Notes: generated from the letters alone by a model not told the origin. A stretch of DNA of 64,000 nt from an uncultured Actinomycetota bacterium (GCA_963782405.1 CAWAJX010000012.1:103794-167793), one strand, 5' to 3'. Positions 36,912 through 47,906 are shown, counted from the stretch's first letter. Program-made: numbers and translations.

Positions 36912-37364
36912 TACAGCTCCGGCAGGAACCGGGACAGGTGAATCATCTCCTGACCGCAATGCAGCATCAGATCCCGCGCGAGATCGAGACCGGGTACGAA
37001 ATCGTTGACATCGGCGGCGGCGCCGCGCTGGACGGCGCGGGCGGTGTGCGCCGGATCGGGTGCGGACCTGGTGTGCGAGCCACCCCAGATCGACCGGCGC
37101 GACGCTGCTGCCGACCCTGCCGAATACGACGGTATGCCCGTCGGGTACGTCGAATCCGTGCGCTACCGGGCCCTGGAAGGCGATGGCGAGTTGTTGCAGT
37201 TTCGGGCCGATGTATTCGTCGACATCGGAGATATTGCCGACGTAGCGGGCGCGATCGGGCATCGGGTGATCGAGCCGATCCGCGGCGACCTCGGCGTACA
37301 TGTGCGCATCCGGATGCCACAGCTTGTATCGCGCCGACTCGACCAGAAGCCAGCCGAACCACGA
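36893..37364 (-). pseudogene. DAPG hydrolase (PhlG-like) remnant, 5' end lost and internally deleted
   Basis: WFGWLLVESARYKLWHPDAH...VDEYIG...LGWLAHQVR, then in a shifted frame DLMLHCGQEMNHLSRFLPELYHEFAH*. Confidence 0.75.
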
Positions 37365-37565
37365 GCGGCATTCGTGCGGCTGGTGCGGGATCGAGCGGCC
37401 GGCAACGGGCACCCCATCGACTCGCACGCCACCGAACTGTGCGTGATCCTGATCGACGGCCTGGTGCACCGGCAGGTGTTCTTCGCCGATTCCGCGCTGT
37501 CGCACAACGAGATTCGATCGCTGATCCGAACCACATTCCGCCTCGCCGGGCGGCAGCGGCGGTGA
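37365..37565 (+). pseudogene. Probable C-terminal remnant of a TetR-like regulator
   Basis: AFVRLVRDRAAG...ELCVILIDGLVHRQVFF...EIRSLIRTTFRL* amphipathic helices, no HTH or start; was divergent from the phlG-like gene. Confidence 0.5.
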
Positions 37566-37656
37566 AACTCGTGGAGCCCGGGCGGGGCTCTGGATCCGCG
37601 GTCGCGGTCGTGCGGACGGGTGCCCTCCGCACGACCGTGCGACGGATCCGAACCGG

Positions 37657-38214
37657 CTAGGGGGTGGAGTAGCCGATCAGGGCTCCGATACCGGCGCCGA
37701 TCGGGATGGTGATCAGTGCGCCGACGCCGCCGAGGAAGAAGCCCAGGACGGCACCGATGCCGCCACCGATCGCGGCTCCGACACCGGCGTTGTACTGCTT
37801 GCGGGCCAGGGCGTCGGAAGCCTCGTCGATGGCCTGCGCGGTCTGTGTACCGGCGGCCTGCGGCGTCAGTGTGAGCGTGCGACCGGAGTTCTCGATGAGC
37901 GGGGTGAGCCCCACGGTCCCGGATGCGGTACGCAGACCCAGCGGCACCGAGGTGACGGTGCGGCCCGCGGCGTCGGTGAGGGTGACCGAATCGCCGGTGA
38001 CGGTGAAGGATCCGGCCGTCACGGTGGTCGTAAGACCCGTATGGTCGGCGGTCGGTGCGGTGACGAAGCCGACGCCCTGCTCGACACCGTGCACGGCGAC
38101 CGGTGCGGCGGCGACCGGTGCGGCGGTGACCGGTGCGGCTTGGGCGATGCCCGCGGCGGCCGCGGTGGCACCGACCGCCAGCAGCGCGGTGGCGGCGAAT
38201 TTCTTGGCTCTCAT
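37657..38214 (-). CDS. Secreted/membrane hypothetical protein
   Basis: Signal peptide MRAKKFAATALLAVG...AQA; C-terminal Gly-rich hydrophobic hairpin. Confidence 0.75.
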   Translation of the reverse strand: MRAKKFAATALLAVGATAAAAGIAQAAPVTAAPVAAAPVAVHGVEQGVGFVTAPTADHTGLTTTVTAGSFTVTGDSVTLTDAAGRTVTSVPLGLRTASGTVGLTPLIENSGRTLTLTPQAAGTQTAQAIDEASDALARKQYNAGVGAAIGGGIGAVLGFFLGGVGALITIPIGAGIGALIGYSTP

Positions 38215-38601
38215 GATCTTTCCCCACATTCCGTCGGCCCGACTTCGGCCGACCTGTCCCCTGCGGCCGGATCTCGGCCGATCTCATTCTTACCCAGATC
38301 GTGTGGGAGTGTTAGGTTTCCGTCTCGCGGTGACCGAAATACCCTCGCTCACAATGTGATTGCCGATCATTCGCTAATCGCTGGGATCGTTACCCGAATG
38401 CCGAACGGTCTCGGGCACCATCCGCGGTTGCCGCCGGGATGCTCCCACACGCTCAATCCTTCGATCCGGCGCATCGCAAACCACAGCTGTGCGCCATTCG
38501 CGCACCCCGTCGGTGACTCTCCGCACCCGCGGCGCGAGCTGGGCCGGTGGTGTCGGCGCGCCGACGGGTATCGAGCGACCGTCGCCGTATCGTCGGTCGG
38601 T

Positions 38602-39774
38602 GTGAGCGACGACGACGGTTCGACTCGCCCCCGATTGCGCCGATCGACCCTCGGTGATCCCATCGCGTTCGCCGAACACATCTGCGCCCGGCTCCAGGCG
38701 GAAATCCCCGCTTACCGGGGGATTGCCTCGTCGTCCCTGGTCCCGTCGATCGCCGCGGCGATCAATCGGCTGATAACCGCCACCGCGGACGACCGCCCCC
38801 TCGACGAACAGGAACTGGCTCAGTTCCGCGACTACGGCGCCATCCGCGCCGAACTGGGGGTGCCCCTCGATGCCATGATGCACGGCTGGCAGATCGCGGT
38901 GCGCGAGGTGATCGAGCGGATCGGCACCTCCGACTACTGGGCCACCCGGCCGGGATCTGCCGTGATCTCCATGCTCGGCGCCCTGTTGCGCGTATCGGAT
39001 GCCGCCACGGTCGCCTTCAGCTCCGGTCATCGCGAGGCCGAGGCGCAGATCACCCGCCGCGTCGACGCCCGGCGCGACGATACGGTGCGGGCTCTCACCC
39101 AGGGCGTGCTGCCCGCCGCCGAAGTGCGCAAGCGGGCCCAATTCATCGGCCTGCGCCTGGACAGCGCCTACACCGCGTTCCGCGCGATCACCGAGGAGCC
39201 GGGACGCACCGAATGGGATCTGCGGCAGTTACCGGGATGCCGCCCGCCCCGCGGGGTGGTCGCCATCCTCGACGGCGATGTGGTGGGCATCTGCGATCCG
39301 CACGACGGTCCGGGTGCGGCGCCGGGGGTCTTCCTCGGCATCGGGCCCCGGTGTCAGCTCGAGCAGGTTCCCCATTCGCTGCACATCGCCGGCCGGGCCG
39401 CCGAGACCGCGCGCCTGTTCGGCCGCCCGGGACGCCACCGGCTCGCCGACCTCGGCGTCCTGCCCGCGGTCGTCGGCGACAACGAGGTCGGGGCCACCCT
39501 GGTCGCCCGTTACATCACCCCGATCGACGAGGCCGAAGCCGCGGCGGTCCTGCCGACCGTGGACGCGTATCTGGAGGCGGGCCTCAATGCCAGCGAAACC
39601 GGGCAGCGACTGTTCCTGCATCACAACACGGTCCGCTACCGGCTGTCCCGATTCGAGGAACTGACCGGGGCATCGTTGAAGGATCCGCACGTCGTGCAGC
39701 AGATCTGGTGGGCGCTGCGCTATCGCGAACTCGAATCCGGGTCGCGCAATCCCGACGCCGGATCGGCGACATAG
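38602..39774 (+). CDS. PucR/CdaR-family regulator
   Basis: NASETGQRLFLHHNTVRYRLSRFEELTG C-terminal HTH; start uncertain. Confidence 0.9.
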   Translation: MSDDDGSTRPRLRRSTLGDPIAFAEHICARLQAEIPAYRGIASSSLVPSIAAAINRLITATADDRPLDEQELAQFRDYGAIRAELGVPLDAMMHGWQIAVREVIERIGTSDYWATRPGSAVISMLGALLRVSDAATVAFSSGHREAEAQITRRVDARRDDTVRALTQGVLPAAEVRKRAQFIGLRLDSAYTAFRAITEEPGRTEWDLRQLPGCRPPRGVVAILDGDVVGICDPHDGPGAAPGVFLGIGPRCQLEQVPHSLHIAGRAAETARLFGRPGRHRLADLGVLPAVVGDNEVGATLVARYITPIDEAEAAAVLPTVDAYLEAGLNASETGQRLFLHHNTVRYRLSRFEELTGASLKDPHVVQQIWWALRYRELESGSRNPDAGSAT

Positions 39775-39925
39775 CCGAATCGGCCGGTGCGGTTTTTGTG
39801 AACTATTACGAAACCGATCCCCGCCATCGGCAGTTGATCAATTGAGGGGTCGATTCGGCAGCCGAGATCCGGGGCCGCGTCGATCCGCATCGCCCGTGCG
39901 ACGATCGAAAGGCAGAACCGGCACC

Positions 39926-40909
39926 ATGACAGTCGCCACCCCGATCATCAATGTGTTCGCAGACGCCGTGGACATGGCCGTGCGCGCGCCGTCTGTACAC
40001 AACACCCAGCCGTGGCGGTGGTCGCTGCGTGCGGATCGCATTCATCTGCATGCCGACCACACCCGGCATCTGGCCGTGACCGATCCGCTGCAGCGCTCTC
40101 TGCTGATGAGTTGTGGCGCCGCCCTGCACCACATGCGGGTGGCGCTGGGCATGCTGGGCTGGTCGGCGGAGGTGACCTATCTGCCCGGGGACTCCGACCC
40201 CGGGCATCTCGCGGCGATCGAGCTCACGCCACAACGTCCCTCACAACGCGATATCGAACTGGCCGCGGCGATCGGGCGGCGGCAATCCGACCGTCGTCGA
40301 TACAGCTCCCGGCCGGTACCGGCGGCTTGTGTGCGGGAGATCTCGGCAAGTGTGCGCGACTTCGGTGTGGCCGCCCGGCAGGTGCCGCAGACATTGCGTC
40401 CCGAACTCGCCGCGGCCACCCGCGCCGCGGCGGTGCGGCACGCGTCCGATCCCGCGTATCGGCACGAGTTGACGGCGTGGAGCGGGCGGCACGGGACTGC
40501 CGACGGCGTGCCCGCTGCCAACACACCGCGCCCGCGAGCCGACGACGAGATCACGCAACGCGGTTTCGCCTCCCCGGAGCTGGCCGATCGGGCGACGCTG
40601 CCGGAGTCCGCCGAATGGCTGATGCTGTGCACCCTCGGTGACGATCGCCGCGCTCGCGTGCGCGCGGGCGAGGCCGCCAGTGCGCTGCTGCTGTCGGCGA
40701 CGGCCCTGGGATTGTCGACGAGTCTGCAGTCCGAGCCGTTGGGCATGCCCGATCTACGCCGCGAACTGCGCCGTCACGTGCTGTCCGAATGCGCCCACCC
40801 GCAGACCATGGTGCGGGTGGGCTGGCTGCCATCGGGCGCGGTCCCGCTGCCGCACACACCACGCCGGCCCGCCACCGAGGTGATGTCGGTCGCTACCACG
40901 CCCCGCTGA
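39926..40909 (+). CDS. Acg-family FMN-binding nitroreductase-like protein
   Basis: RAPSVHNTQPWRW; MSCGAALHH; RRQSDRR; AGEAASALLL. Confidence 0.9.
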   Translation: MTVATPIINVFADAVDMAVRAPSVHNTQPWRWSLRADRIHLHADHTRHLAVTDPLQRSLLMSCGAALHHMRVALGMLGWSAEVTYLPGDSDPGHLAAIELTPQRPSQRDIELAAAIGRRQSDRRRYSSRPVPAACVREISASVRDFGVAARQVPQTLRPELAAATRAAAVRHASDPAYRHELTAWSGRHGTADGVPAANTPRPRADDEITQRGFASPELADRATLPESAEWLMLCTLGDDRRARVRAGEAASALLLSATALGLSTSLQSEPLGMPDLRRELRRHVLSECAHPQTMVRVGWLPSGAVPLPHTPRRPATEVMSVATTPR

Positions 40910-40958
40910 GACCGATAGCGCGCCTTCGGCGAGACGGGTTGTGCCGCAGCGGGGACGC

Positions 40959-41729
40959 TCACCGTGGCGGGCGGAATCCGGCCGGGTGGCCGAGGCGCTG
41001 ACCACCGTCGAGCACCATCACCTCGCCGGTGATCCAGCTCGCGGCGTCGGAGACCAGGAAGGCGATCGCCGCGCCGATATCGCCGGGTTCGCCGATCCGA
41101 TCCAGTGCCGTCGCCTCGGACACGGCCGTCTCGTGCTCTCGCCAGAGCGCCTCGGCCAATTTGGTGCGCACCACGCCCGGCGCGACGGCGTTGACCCGGA
41201 CCGTCGGGGACAGTTCCAGCGCCATCTGCTTGGTGAGATGGATGAGTGCGGCCTTGGAGGCGTTGTACAGGCCCAGATTCGCCTCGAATCCCATACCGCC
41301 GATCGAGGCCGTATTCACGATCGCGCCGCCGTGTTCGCTCATGCACGCCTTGGTCGCCAGTGACGTCCACAGGATCGGTGCCCACAGGTTGACATCGAAG
41401 ATCTTCGCGAACCGCCCGTGGTCCTGATCGACGACCGGGCCGAACGCCGGATTGGTGCCGGCGTTGTTCACCAGGATGTCGAGGCTGCCGAACCGATCGA
41501 GTGCGAGGTCGACACACGCCCGCGCGGCCTGCTCGTCCACCGCGTGCGCGCCGACGCCGATCGCGGTACCCGCCACCTGAGCCGCCGCGGCCTCGGCCGA
41601 GGCCTGTTCGCGGGCGGTGAGTATTACGTTCGCGCCGGCCGCGGCGAGGGCCTGCGCGGTGGCGAGCCCGATGCCGCGGGATGCGCCGGTCACGATCGCG
41701 GTGCGGCCGGTCAGATCGGTCGTCGCCAT
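40959..41729 (-). CDS. SDR oxidoreductase
   Basis: TGASRGIG; NNAG; YNASKAAL. Confidence 0.95.
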   Translation of the reverse strand: MATTDLTGRTAIVTGASRGIGLATAQALAAAGANVILTAREQASAEAAAAQVAGTAIGVGAHAVDEQAARACVDLALDRFGSLDILVNNAGTNPAFGPVVDQDHGRFAKIFDVNLWAPILWTSLATKACMSEHGGAIVNTASIGGMGFEANLGLYNASKAALIHLTKQMALELSPTVRVNAVAPGVVRTKLAEALWREHETAVSEATALDRIGEPGDIGAAIAFLVSDAASWITGEVMVLDGGQRLGHPAGFRPPR

Positions 41730-41730
41730 A

Positions 41731-42954
41731 TCAGTTGCCCGCCTTCACATCTCGGTACTTGCGCAGTTCCTGGCGGGCGATCGTGCGCTTGTGCACCTCG
41801 TCGGGCCCGTCGGCCAGTCGCAGGGTGCGCAGATGCGCCCACGCCATCGCCAGCGGGAAATCGTCGGTCACGCCGGCGCCGCCGTGGACCTGGATGGCCC
41901 GGTCGACAATCTTCAGCGCGATCTCCGGCGCGGCCACCTTGATGGCCGCGATCTCGGTGCGGGCCTCCTTGTTACCGACGGTGTCCATCAGGTACGCGGT
42001 CTTGAGCGTCAGAAGCCGGATCATCTCGATGTCGATGCGGGCCTCGGCGATCCAGTCCTGGATATTGGCGTTGGCGGCGATGGGCTTGCCGAAGGTGGTC
42101 CGGGTACTCGCGCGGCGGCACAGCAGTTCCAGTGCGCGCTCGGCCATTCCGATCGCGCGCATGCAGTGGTGGATACGGCCGGGACCCAGCCGGGCCTGAC
42201 TGATCGCGAATCCTTCGCCCTCTCCCGCGAGCACATCGGTGACCGGCACGCGGACGTTGGCGAAGTCGATCTCGGCGTGCCCTTCCCGATCCTGGTATCC
42301 GAATACCGGCAGGCCGCGCAGCACGGTGACACCCGGTGCGTCGATCGGCACCACCATCATCGACTGCTGCCGGTGCGGTGCGGCATCGGGATCGGTCTTG
42401 CCCATCACGATCAGCACCGTGCAGTGCGGATGCAGCGCGTTGGAGGCGAACCACTTGCGGCCGTTGAGAACGTACTCGTCACCGTCGCGGACCATCGACA
42501 GTTCGACGTTGGTGGCATCGGAACTGGCGACCGCGGGTTCGGTCATCGCGAAGGCCGAGCGGATGGTGCCCGCCAGCAGCGGCTTCAGATACTTCTCGTG
42601 GTGCTCGGCGGTCCCGAAGAGGGTGAATACCTCCATATTTCCGGTGTCGGGCGCACTGCAGTTGCAGGCCTCCGACGCCAGATGGCTGCGCCCCATGATC
42701 TCGGCCAGCGGTGCGTATTCGAGATTGGTCAGGCCCGGACCCCACTCGGGATGCGGGTGAAACAGATTCCACAGACCGCGCCGCTGCGCCTCGGCCTTGA
42801 GTTCCTCGAGGATCGGCGGCTGGAAATGCGGGTCTCCGGCGGCGCGCATCTGCTCGTCGTAGACGGCCTCGGCCGGATAGATGTGCGAGTCCATGAACTC
42901 GAGCAGCCGGGCGCGATACTCCTGCGCCCGCTCGGATGTGTCGAACATCGACAT
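41731..42954 (-). CDS. Acyl-CoA dehydrogenase (ACAD11-like)
   Basis: [12 protein letters not shown]; FAMTEP; [10 protein letters not shown]; [10 protein letters not shown]; ADGPDEVH. Confidence 0.95.
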   Translation of the reverse strand: MSMFDTSERAQEYRARLLEFMDSHIYPAEAVYDEQMRAAGDPHFQPPILEELKAEAQRRGLWNLFHPHPEWGPGLTNLEYAPLAEIMGRSHLASEACNCSAPDTGNMEVFTLFGTAEHHEKYLKPLLAGTIRSAFAMTEPAVASSDATNVELSMVRDGDEYVLNGRKWFASNALHPHCTVLIVMGKTDPDAAPHRQQSMMVVPIDAPGVTVLRGLPVFGYQDREGHAEIDFANVRVPVTDVLAGEGEGFAISQARLGPGRIHHCMRAIGMAERALELLCRRASTRTTFGKPIAANANIQDWIAEARIDIEMIRLLTLKTAYLMDTVGNKEARTEIAAIKVAAPEIALKIVDRAIQVHGGAGVTDDFPLAMAWAHLRTLRLADGPDEVHKRTIARQELRKYRDVKAGN

Positions 42955-42991
42955 GTGATCTCCTGATCGTCGTGAAATCGTTTGCCGGGAT

Positions 42992-43810
42992 TCAGTTTTC
43001 GTCGAGCAAGCCGCGCTGGTAGCGGCGCATACCGCCCAGCCAGCGGTCGTAGTCGGAGCCCTTGTGCCGATACATCTCGAGCACGTTCGGATGCGGGAGG
43101 ATCAAGAACTGCTCGGCCTCGACCGCGGCGAGGACCACCTCGGCGACCTGTGCGGGCGTAAGGACCTCACCCGCGGCCGTGACCGCACGTGTGGACACCT
43201 CGCCGAGCGCGTCACCGGAATCGCGGCCGGCGTAGAGCAGGGGAGTCTCGACGCCCATGGGGCACAGGCAGCTGACGCGAATCCCTTTGTCGCCATAGGT
43301 GACCGACAACCACTCGGCGAATCCCACCGCGGCGTGCTTGGTCACCGAATAGGTCGCCGACCCGATCTGGGTGAGCAGTCCCGCCGCCGACGCCGTGCTG
43401 ACGAAGTAGCCCGAACCGCGTTCGAGCCATCCCGGGACGAGTTGTTTCGCGGCCCGGATATGGGCGCGCACATTCACATCGAAGGATCGATCCCAGTCGG
43501 CCTCGGCGACGTCGAGCCCCACCGCGCCGGCGATCCCGGCGTTGGCGAAATAGAGGTCGACCGGCCCGAAGGACCGCTCCGCCGTGGCGACGAGCTCGGC
43601 GATGGCGTCCGGGTCGGCGACGTCCGCGCCGACCCCGACGCATGCTCCCGGATGGGCCGCCGCCACGTCCTCGGCCACCGCCTTCGCCGCGTCGCCGTCG
43701 ATATCGGCGACCAGGACGCGAGCCCCGGCGGCGGCGAGCCGGGCGGCGATCGCACTGCCGATCCCGCCGCCACCGCCGGTCACGATGGCCACCTTCTCCG
43801 CAACCTGCAC
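42992..43810 (-). CDS. SDR oxidoreductase
   Basis: TGGGGGIG; FANAG; YSVTKHAA; start set at GTG 43810. Confidence 0.9.
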   Translation of the reverse strand: MQVAEKVAIVTGGGGGIGSAIAARLAAAGARVLVADIDGDAAKAVAEDVAAAHPGACVGVGADVADPDAIAELVATAERSFGPVDLYFANAGIAGAVGLDVAEADWDRSFDVNVRAHIRAAKQLVPGWLERGSGYFVSTASAAGLLTQIGSATYSVTKHAAVGFAEWLSVTYGDKGIRVSCLCPMGVETPLLYAGRDSGDALGEVSTRAVTAAGEVLTPAQVAEVVLAAVEAEQFLILPHPNVLEMYRHKGSDYDRWLGGMRRYQRGLLDEN

Positions 43811-43850
43811 TGGTACCCCTGTTCGTCTGCGAACCGTCACCTCAAGCTAG

Positions 43851-43872
43851 TTGAGGTTGACGTCAAGTTCAA
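43851..43872. promoter_or_regulatory. Putative TetR operator upstream of the SDR-ACAD-SDR operon
   Basis: Palindrome TTGA-GG-TTGACGTCAA-GT-TCAA. Confidence 0.6.
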
Positions 43873-43949
43873 TTCTTGTCGACCGTGAGCGCCGTACCCG
43901 GCTGTTGTAGCAGGTGTGGCGCCCCGGCCGGCGGGGAATCGGCGCGGGT

Positions 43950-44636
43950 TCAGGATTTGACGGGTATGCGCAGCGCGTTGACCCAGAGCCGGGTGGCGGT
44001 ATGGGTCAGGGCATCGAGGTCGATCGGGTGATCCGCGTCGTCGGCGATGACGAAATGTCCGAAAGCCAACCGGCTGACCATGCCCGACAGTGCTCGCGAG
44101 GCCAGGACGGGATCGAGGCCGGTATCGGCGAGCCCCCGGCGTTGCAGCGACTCGATACTGCGTGCGTTGCGGTCGATGAAGGCCTCGGCGCGGCGCTGTC
44201 GCAGCACCCGGAATTCGGGATCGATATTGGCGACCTGTTCCAGCAGCCCCATCAGCTTCGCGTTGCGCTGGTAGGCCTCGAAGTAGGCCCGATTGCTGGC
44301 GGCGACGACCGCGGCAGGATCATCGGCCTCGGGCACATGCGGCATCCCCGGATGCAACATGTCCTCCTGGGCGACTTCGAGGACCGCGGCGAAAATCTCC
44401 TCTTTGCTGGAGAAATACGTGTAGAAGGTGCCGGAGGAGCAGCTCGCCGCGGTGGTGATGTCGACCAGGCGGGCGTCGAGGTAGCCCATTCGCTCGAATA
44501 CCTCGCGCGCCGCGGCGATCAGCGCCGACCGGGTGCGGAGACCGCGTTCGGTACTCGGCAGTTCCCGCAACAGGGAAGTCCGGGCCATTGACGGTGCCGT
44601 ACCGTCGGCGCCGATATCGTCAGCAGACTTTCCCAT
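43950..44636 (-). CDS. TetR-family regulator
   Basis: LVDITTAASCSSGTFYTYFSSKEE; start set at ATG 44636. Confidence 0.9.
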   Translation of the reverse strand: MGKSADDIGADGTAPSMARTSLLRELPSTERGLRTRSALIAAAREVFERMGYLDARLVDITTAASCSSGTFYTYFSSKEEIFAAVLEVAQEDMLHPGMPHVPEADDPAAVVAASNRAYFEAYQRNAKLMGLLEQVANIDPEFRVLRQRRAEAFIDRNARSIESLQRRGLADTGLDPVLASRALSGMVSRLAFGHFVIADDADHPIDLDALTHTATRLWVNALRIPVKS

Positions 44637-44827
44637 GCAGCAGTTATAGCTCACCTCGGCCGGTGCCGGAGAAATCGAAGCCGGGGAAAGGCGTCGGCGA
44701 GGCCGGTCCGATTTGCCGTAAAAGGTGTGTTTTCGCGACAACTCTGTGAGGATCGCCGGCGACCGTATCGCCGGCCCGCGGGGCCGGCGTGTGGTCATTT
44801 GATCTTGGTGGACCGGAGTTGGAGAGC

Positions 44828-46750
44828 ATGTCGAGATTGAGCAAGTTGCTGACCGTCACCGTGGCAGCGGTCGCGGCATCGCTGGCGGTCGTGCCGGCGA
44901 CCACCGTGCAGGCTCAGGAGCAGCGGCCGGAATACGCGCCTACGATGCTGGTGCTGGACGCGTCGGGATCGATGCAGGCGGCCGACCCCGGCGGGGGCAC
45001 CAAGATGGATGCGGCGAAAGCGGCCGTGCACAGTTTCGTGAACGCCGCTCCAGCGGAGTCCAAGGTCGGACTGACCGTGTACGGAACCGGCACCGGATCC
45101 TCCGATGCGGAAAAGGTCGCCGGCTGTAAGGATGTGCAGACCCTGCACGGCGCCGGTACCATCGACCGAGGCGCATTGAACGCCGCCGTCGACGGCATCC
45201 GAGCCAGTGGATACACCCCGATCGGGACTTCGCTGCGCACCGCCGCGCAGGCACTGCCGCAGTCCGGGCCCCGCTCGATCGTTCTGGTCTCCGACGGAGA
45301 GGACACCTGCGCGCCACCGGATCCCTGCGATGTGGCCCAGGAACTCAATCGCCAGGGCGCCAAGATTATCGTCCACGCCATCGGATTCGGGGTCGACGAG
45401 GCCTCACGCAAACAGCTGACCTGCGTCGCGCAGAAGACTGGCGGCACCTACACCGACGCCGCGGACGGTCAGTCGCTCGAGCGCATCCTGCCTCGGGTCA
45501 GCCAAGCCGCATTGCGCAGTTACAAACCGATGGGTATGCCGATCTCCGGTACCGCGGGCTACCGCGATGCTCCGGTCGCCACCCCCGGCCAATATCTGGA
45601 CACCATAGATCAGCGTGCGACGAAGTACTATGCGATGGATGTGCCCCAAGGGGCGGTGGCGTATTTCAGTGCGACGCTGGCCTTCCCGCATGTTCAGCGC
45701 AAGCAGTTCGACAACGACAACAGCGTGCTCTATCTCCGGGTTTACGGCGCGGACGGCAGAGACTGCAACGCTTTCGAATTCGAGCACGTGGTCAACACCA
45801 GTAATGGCGTGGCCCTGACGGTCACCGAGTCCTGGGACGGCGCGACAAAGAAGAAGTCGGGCAATAACGAAAGCGCCGACAAGTGCCGGGGCGGTGGCCG
45901 CTATTACTTTGCACCGGAATGGCACGGCGTCGCCGACAATATGCCGCAGCGGATGCCGATGGAACTGCTGTTCGGAATCGAACCCGCGGCCACCGATGCG
46001 GGCGCGGCGTCATCGACCACGCCGACCGCCTTCACCGCACCGACCGGTCCGGCCATCCCGATCGCGGGTGGTGGATCCTTCAATGCGGCTGCGACTTTGA
46101 ACGGTTCGGGCAGCTTCTCCGATACCCTGCAACGCGGCGAGTTCGTGTTCTACCGGGTCAAGCTGGACTGGGGACAGGGCCTGGCGTATCGGGTGAACTT
46201 CGATGCCACCGAAGGACACGGAGTCGACGGAGTGTCGGTGATGACGACGACGCTGTATTCGCCGATCCGCAAGGAGATCGATCACGACTTCACTTCCTAC
46301 GCCGGCCGCGCGGATTCGATGCCGAGCAATGATCCTGCGCTGGCGACTGTGCCGGTGCGGTACAACAATCGCGGCTCCGGACCCAGCAACGGCAAAGACC
46401 AGAGCCTGGCCGGCTGGTATTACATCGCAGTTTCCCTCGGCCCCTCGCATACCGAAGGCGCCGGTGGCCCCGTGCCGATACGTCTCGATCTGACGGTCGA
46501 CGGCACCGCCGAGCCGGGACCAGTCTACGAAAAGGCCACGGCTGACGGCATATTCGGTGAGAACGCCACCGCCTCGACCGTGGCATCGCCGACGTCCGGT
46601 GCCACCGGGGCGATGGCCGACCGCGAGGACGACGGCAAGTCCGGCATCTCCATGACGGTCGTGGTCGTCGTGATCGCCGGCGTGATCGTCCTGGTCGCGC
46701 TGCTCGGCGGCGCGGTACTGCTGGGGCGGCGCACCGCTCGCCGGAAGTAG
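44828..46750 (+). CDS. Secreted, C-terminally anchored VWA-domain surface protein
   Basis: Signal peptide; MIDAS DASGSM...T...DGEDTC; two repeated beta domains; C-terminal TM + RRTARRK. Confidence 0.9.
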   Translation: MSRLSKLLTVTVAAVAASLAVVPATTVQAQEQRPEYAPTMLVLDASGSMQAADPGGGTKMDAAKAAVHSFVNAAPAESKVGLTVYGTGTGSSDAEKVAGCKDVQTLHGAGTIDRGALNAAVDGIRASGYTPIGTSLRTAAQALPQSGPRSIVLVSDGEDTCAPPDPCDVAQELNRQGAKIIVHAIGFGVDEASRKQLTCVAQKTGGTYTDAADGQSLERILPRVSQAALRSYKPMGMPISGTAGYRDAPVATPGQYLDTIDQRATKYYAMDVPQGAVAYFSATLAFPHVQRKQFDNDNSVLYLRVYGADGRDCNAFEFEHVVNTSNGVALTVTESWDGATKKKSGNNESADKCRGGGRYYFAPEWHGVADNMPQRMPMELLFGIEPAATDAGAASSTTPTAFTAPTGPAIPIAGGGSFNAAATLNGSGSFSDTLQRGEFVFYRVKLDWGQGLAYRVNFDATEGHGVDGVSVMTTTLYSPIRKEIDHDFTSYAGRADSMPSNDPALATVPVRYNNRGSGPSNGKDQSLAGWYYIAVSLGPSHTEGAGGPVPIRLDLTVDGTAEPGPVYEKATADGIFGENATASTVASPTSGATGAMADREDDGKSGISMTVVVVVIAGVIVLVALLGGAVLLGRRTARRK

Positions 46751-46772
46751 CCGCGCACCGGCGGCCTGACCG

Positions 46773-47906
46773 TCACCGATTACGTTGCACCACAACGTGC
46801 GCGAGGGTGGTGAGGTCGCCGGCGGCCAGGCTCGCGGGCAGACTGGTGAGCGCTGCCCGCAGGGCCTGGTCGGCCCGCTGCTGGGTCCGGTCGCGACCAC
46901 CCGCCGCCTCGACCAGTTCCGCGGCGAGTACGGCGTCGGCCTCCGACATCGGATCAGGATCGCGGTACATTCGGGCCAGCTCGGCACCCTCCGGAGTGTC
47001 CGAGGTCAGGGCGCAGACGATCGGGAAGGAACGCTTGTGCGCCCGCAGATCGCTGTACCGGGGTTTTCCGGTGACCACCGGATCACCCCAGATATCGATC
47101 GCGTCGTCGACCAGCTGGAACGCCAGGCCCAGATTGCGGCCGAAGGTGTTGAGCGCGGCCACGGTTCGTGAATCGGCGCCGGCGCACAGCCCGCCCAGCG
47201 CGCACGAACATCCCAGCAGCACAGCTGTCTTGCCGGCGGCCATGGACAGGTAATCCTCGATACTCACATCGGGCCGCGTTTCGAAATCGCAGTCCTGATA
47301 CTGACCGTGGCACAGGGTCGCGGTCGTGCGCGCCAGCCGGATGACCGCCGCGGCGCCGGCGTGTTCGGGGACCCCGCCGTCGGACAGCACCGCGAAGGCC
47401 AGTGCCTGCAGCGCGTCTCCCAGCAGAGTCGCATTCGTCGGTCCCCAGACCCGCCAGACCGTGGGCCGGCCGTGTCGCAGCGGATCGGCGTCCATCACGT
47501 CATCGTGCGCCAGGGAGAAATTGTGCAGCAGTTCCACCGCCGCCCCGGCGTGCACGGCATCGGCCACCGATCCGCCACAGGCCGTCGCGGCCGCCAGGCT
47601 CAGGGCCGGGCGCAGGCCCTTGCCGTGTGCGCCGGCCCGCAGATTGCCCTCGGCGTCACACCAGCCGAAGTGATATCCGGCCATCCGATCGAGCGGATGC
47701 CCGAGAGTGGCGACCGCCGCACGCAACACCGGCGCGATCGCGGTGCGGGCGTCGGCGAGCAGTTCGCCGGCATCCCGGACGCCCGCGGCGGTCTCGGTCG
47801 TGGGCCGAGCCCGCCGGACGGCATCGCGGGATACGCCACCGGTCCGGCGCTCGCTCGCCGGAACATGGTGTGTCGGTGGATGACTGGTTGGTTTGGATGA
47901 TCGCAT
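46773..47906 (-). CDS. Polyprenyl synthetase (GGPP/FPP synthase type)
   Basis: GKGLRP; HDDVMDAD...RHGR; GKTA; FQLVDDAID; start uncertain. Confidence 0.9.
   Translation of the reverse strand: MRSSKPTSHPPTHHVPASERRTGGVSRDAVRRARPTTETAAGVRDAGELLADARTAIAPVLRAAVATLGHPLDRMAGYHFGWCDAEGNLRAGAHGKGLRPALSLAAATACGGSVADAVHAGAAVELLHNFSLAHDDVMDADPLRHGRPTVWRVWGPTNATLLGDALQALAFAVLSDGGVPEHAGAAAVIRLARTTATLCHGQYQDCDFETRPDVSIEDYLSMAAGKTAVLLGCSCALGGLCAGADSRTVAALNTFGRNLGLAFQLVDDAIDIWGDPVVTGKPRYSDLRAHKRSFPIVCALTSDTPEGAELARMYRDPDPMSEADAVLAAELVEAAGGRDRTQQRADQALRAALTSLPASLAAGDLTTLAHVVVQRNR

Noticed and set aside
39790-39925. DosR box upstream of the acg-like gene
   Set aside because: No convincing GGGACT-N-AGTCCC-type match; only TTGATCAA and a weak TTGTG-type half-site
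1470-47906. Carotenoid or hopanoid cluster linking the desaturase-like gene and the prenyl synthase
   Set aside because: Genes are about 44 kb apart, with no phytoene/squalene synthase or cyclase in the window
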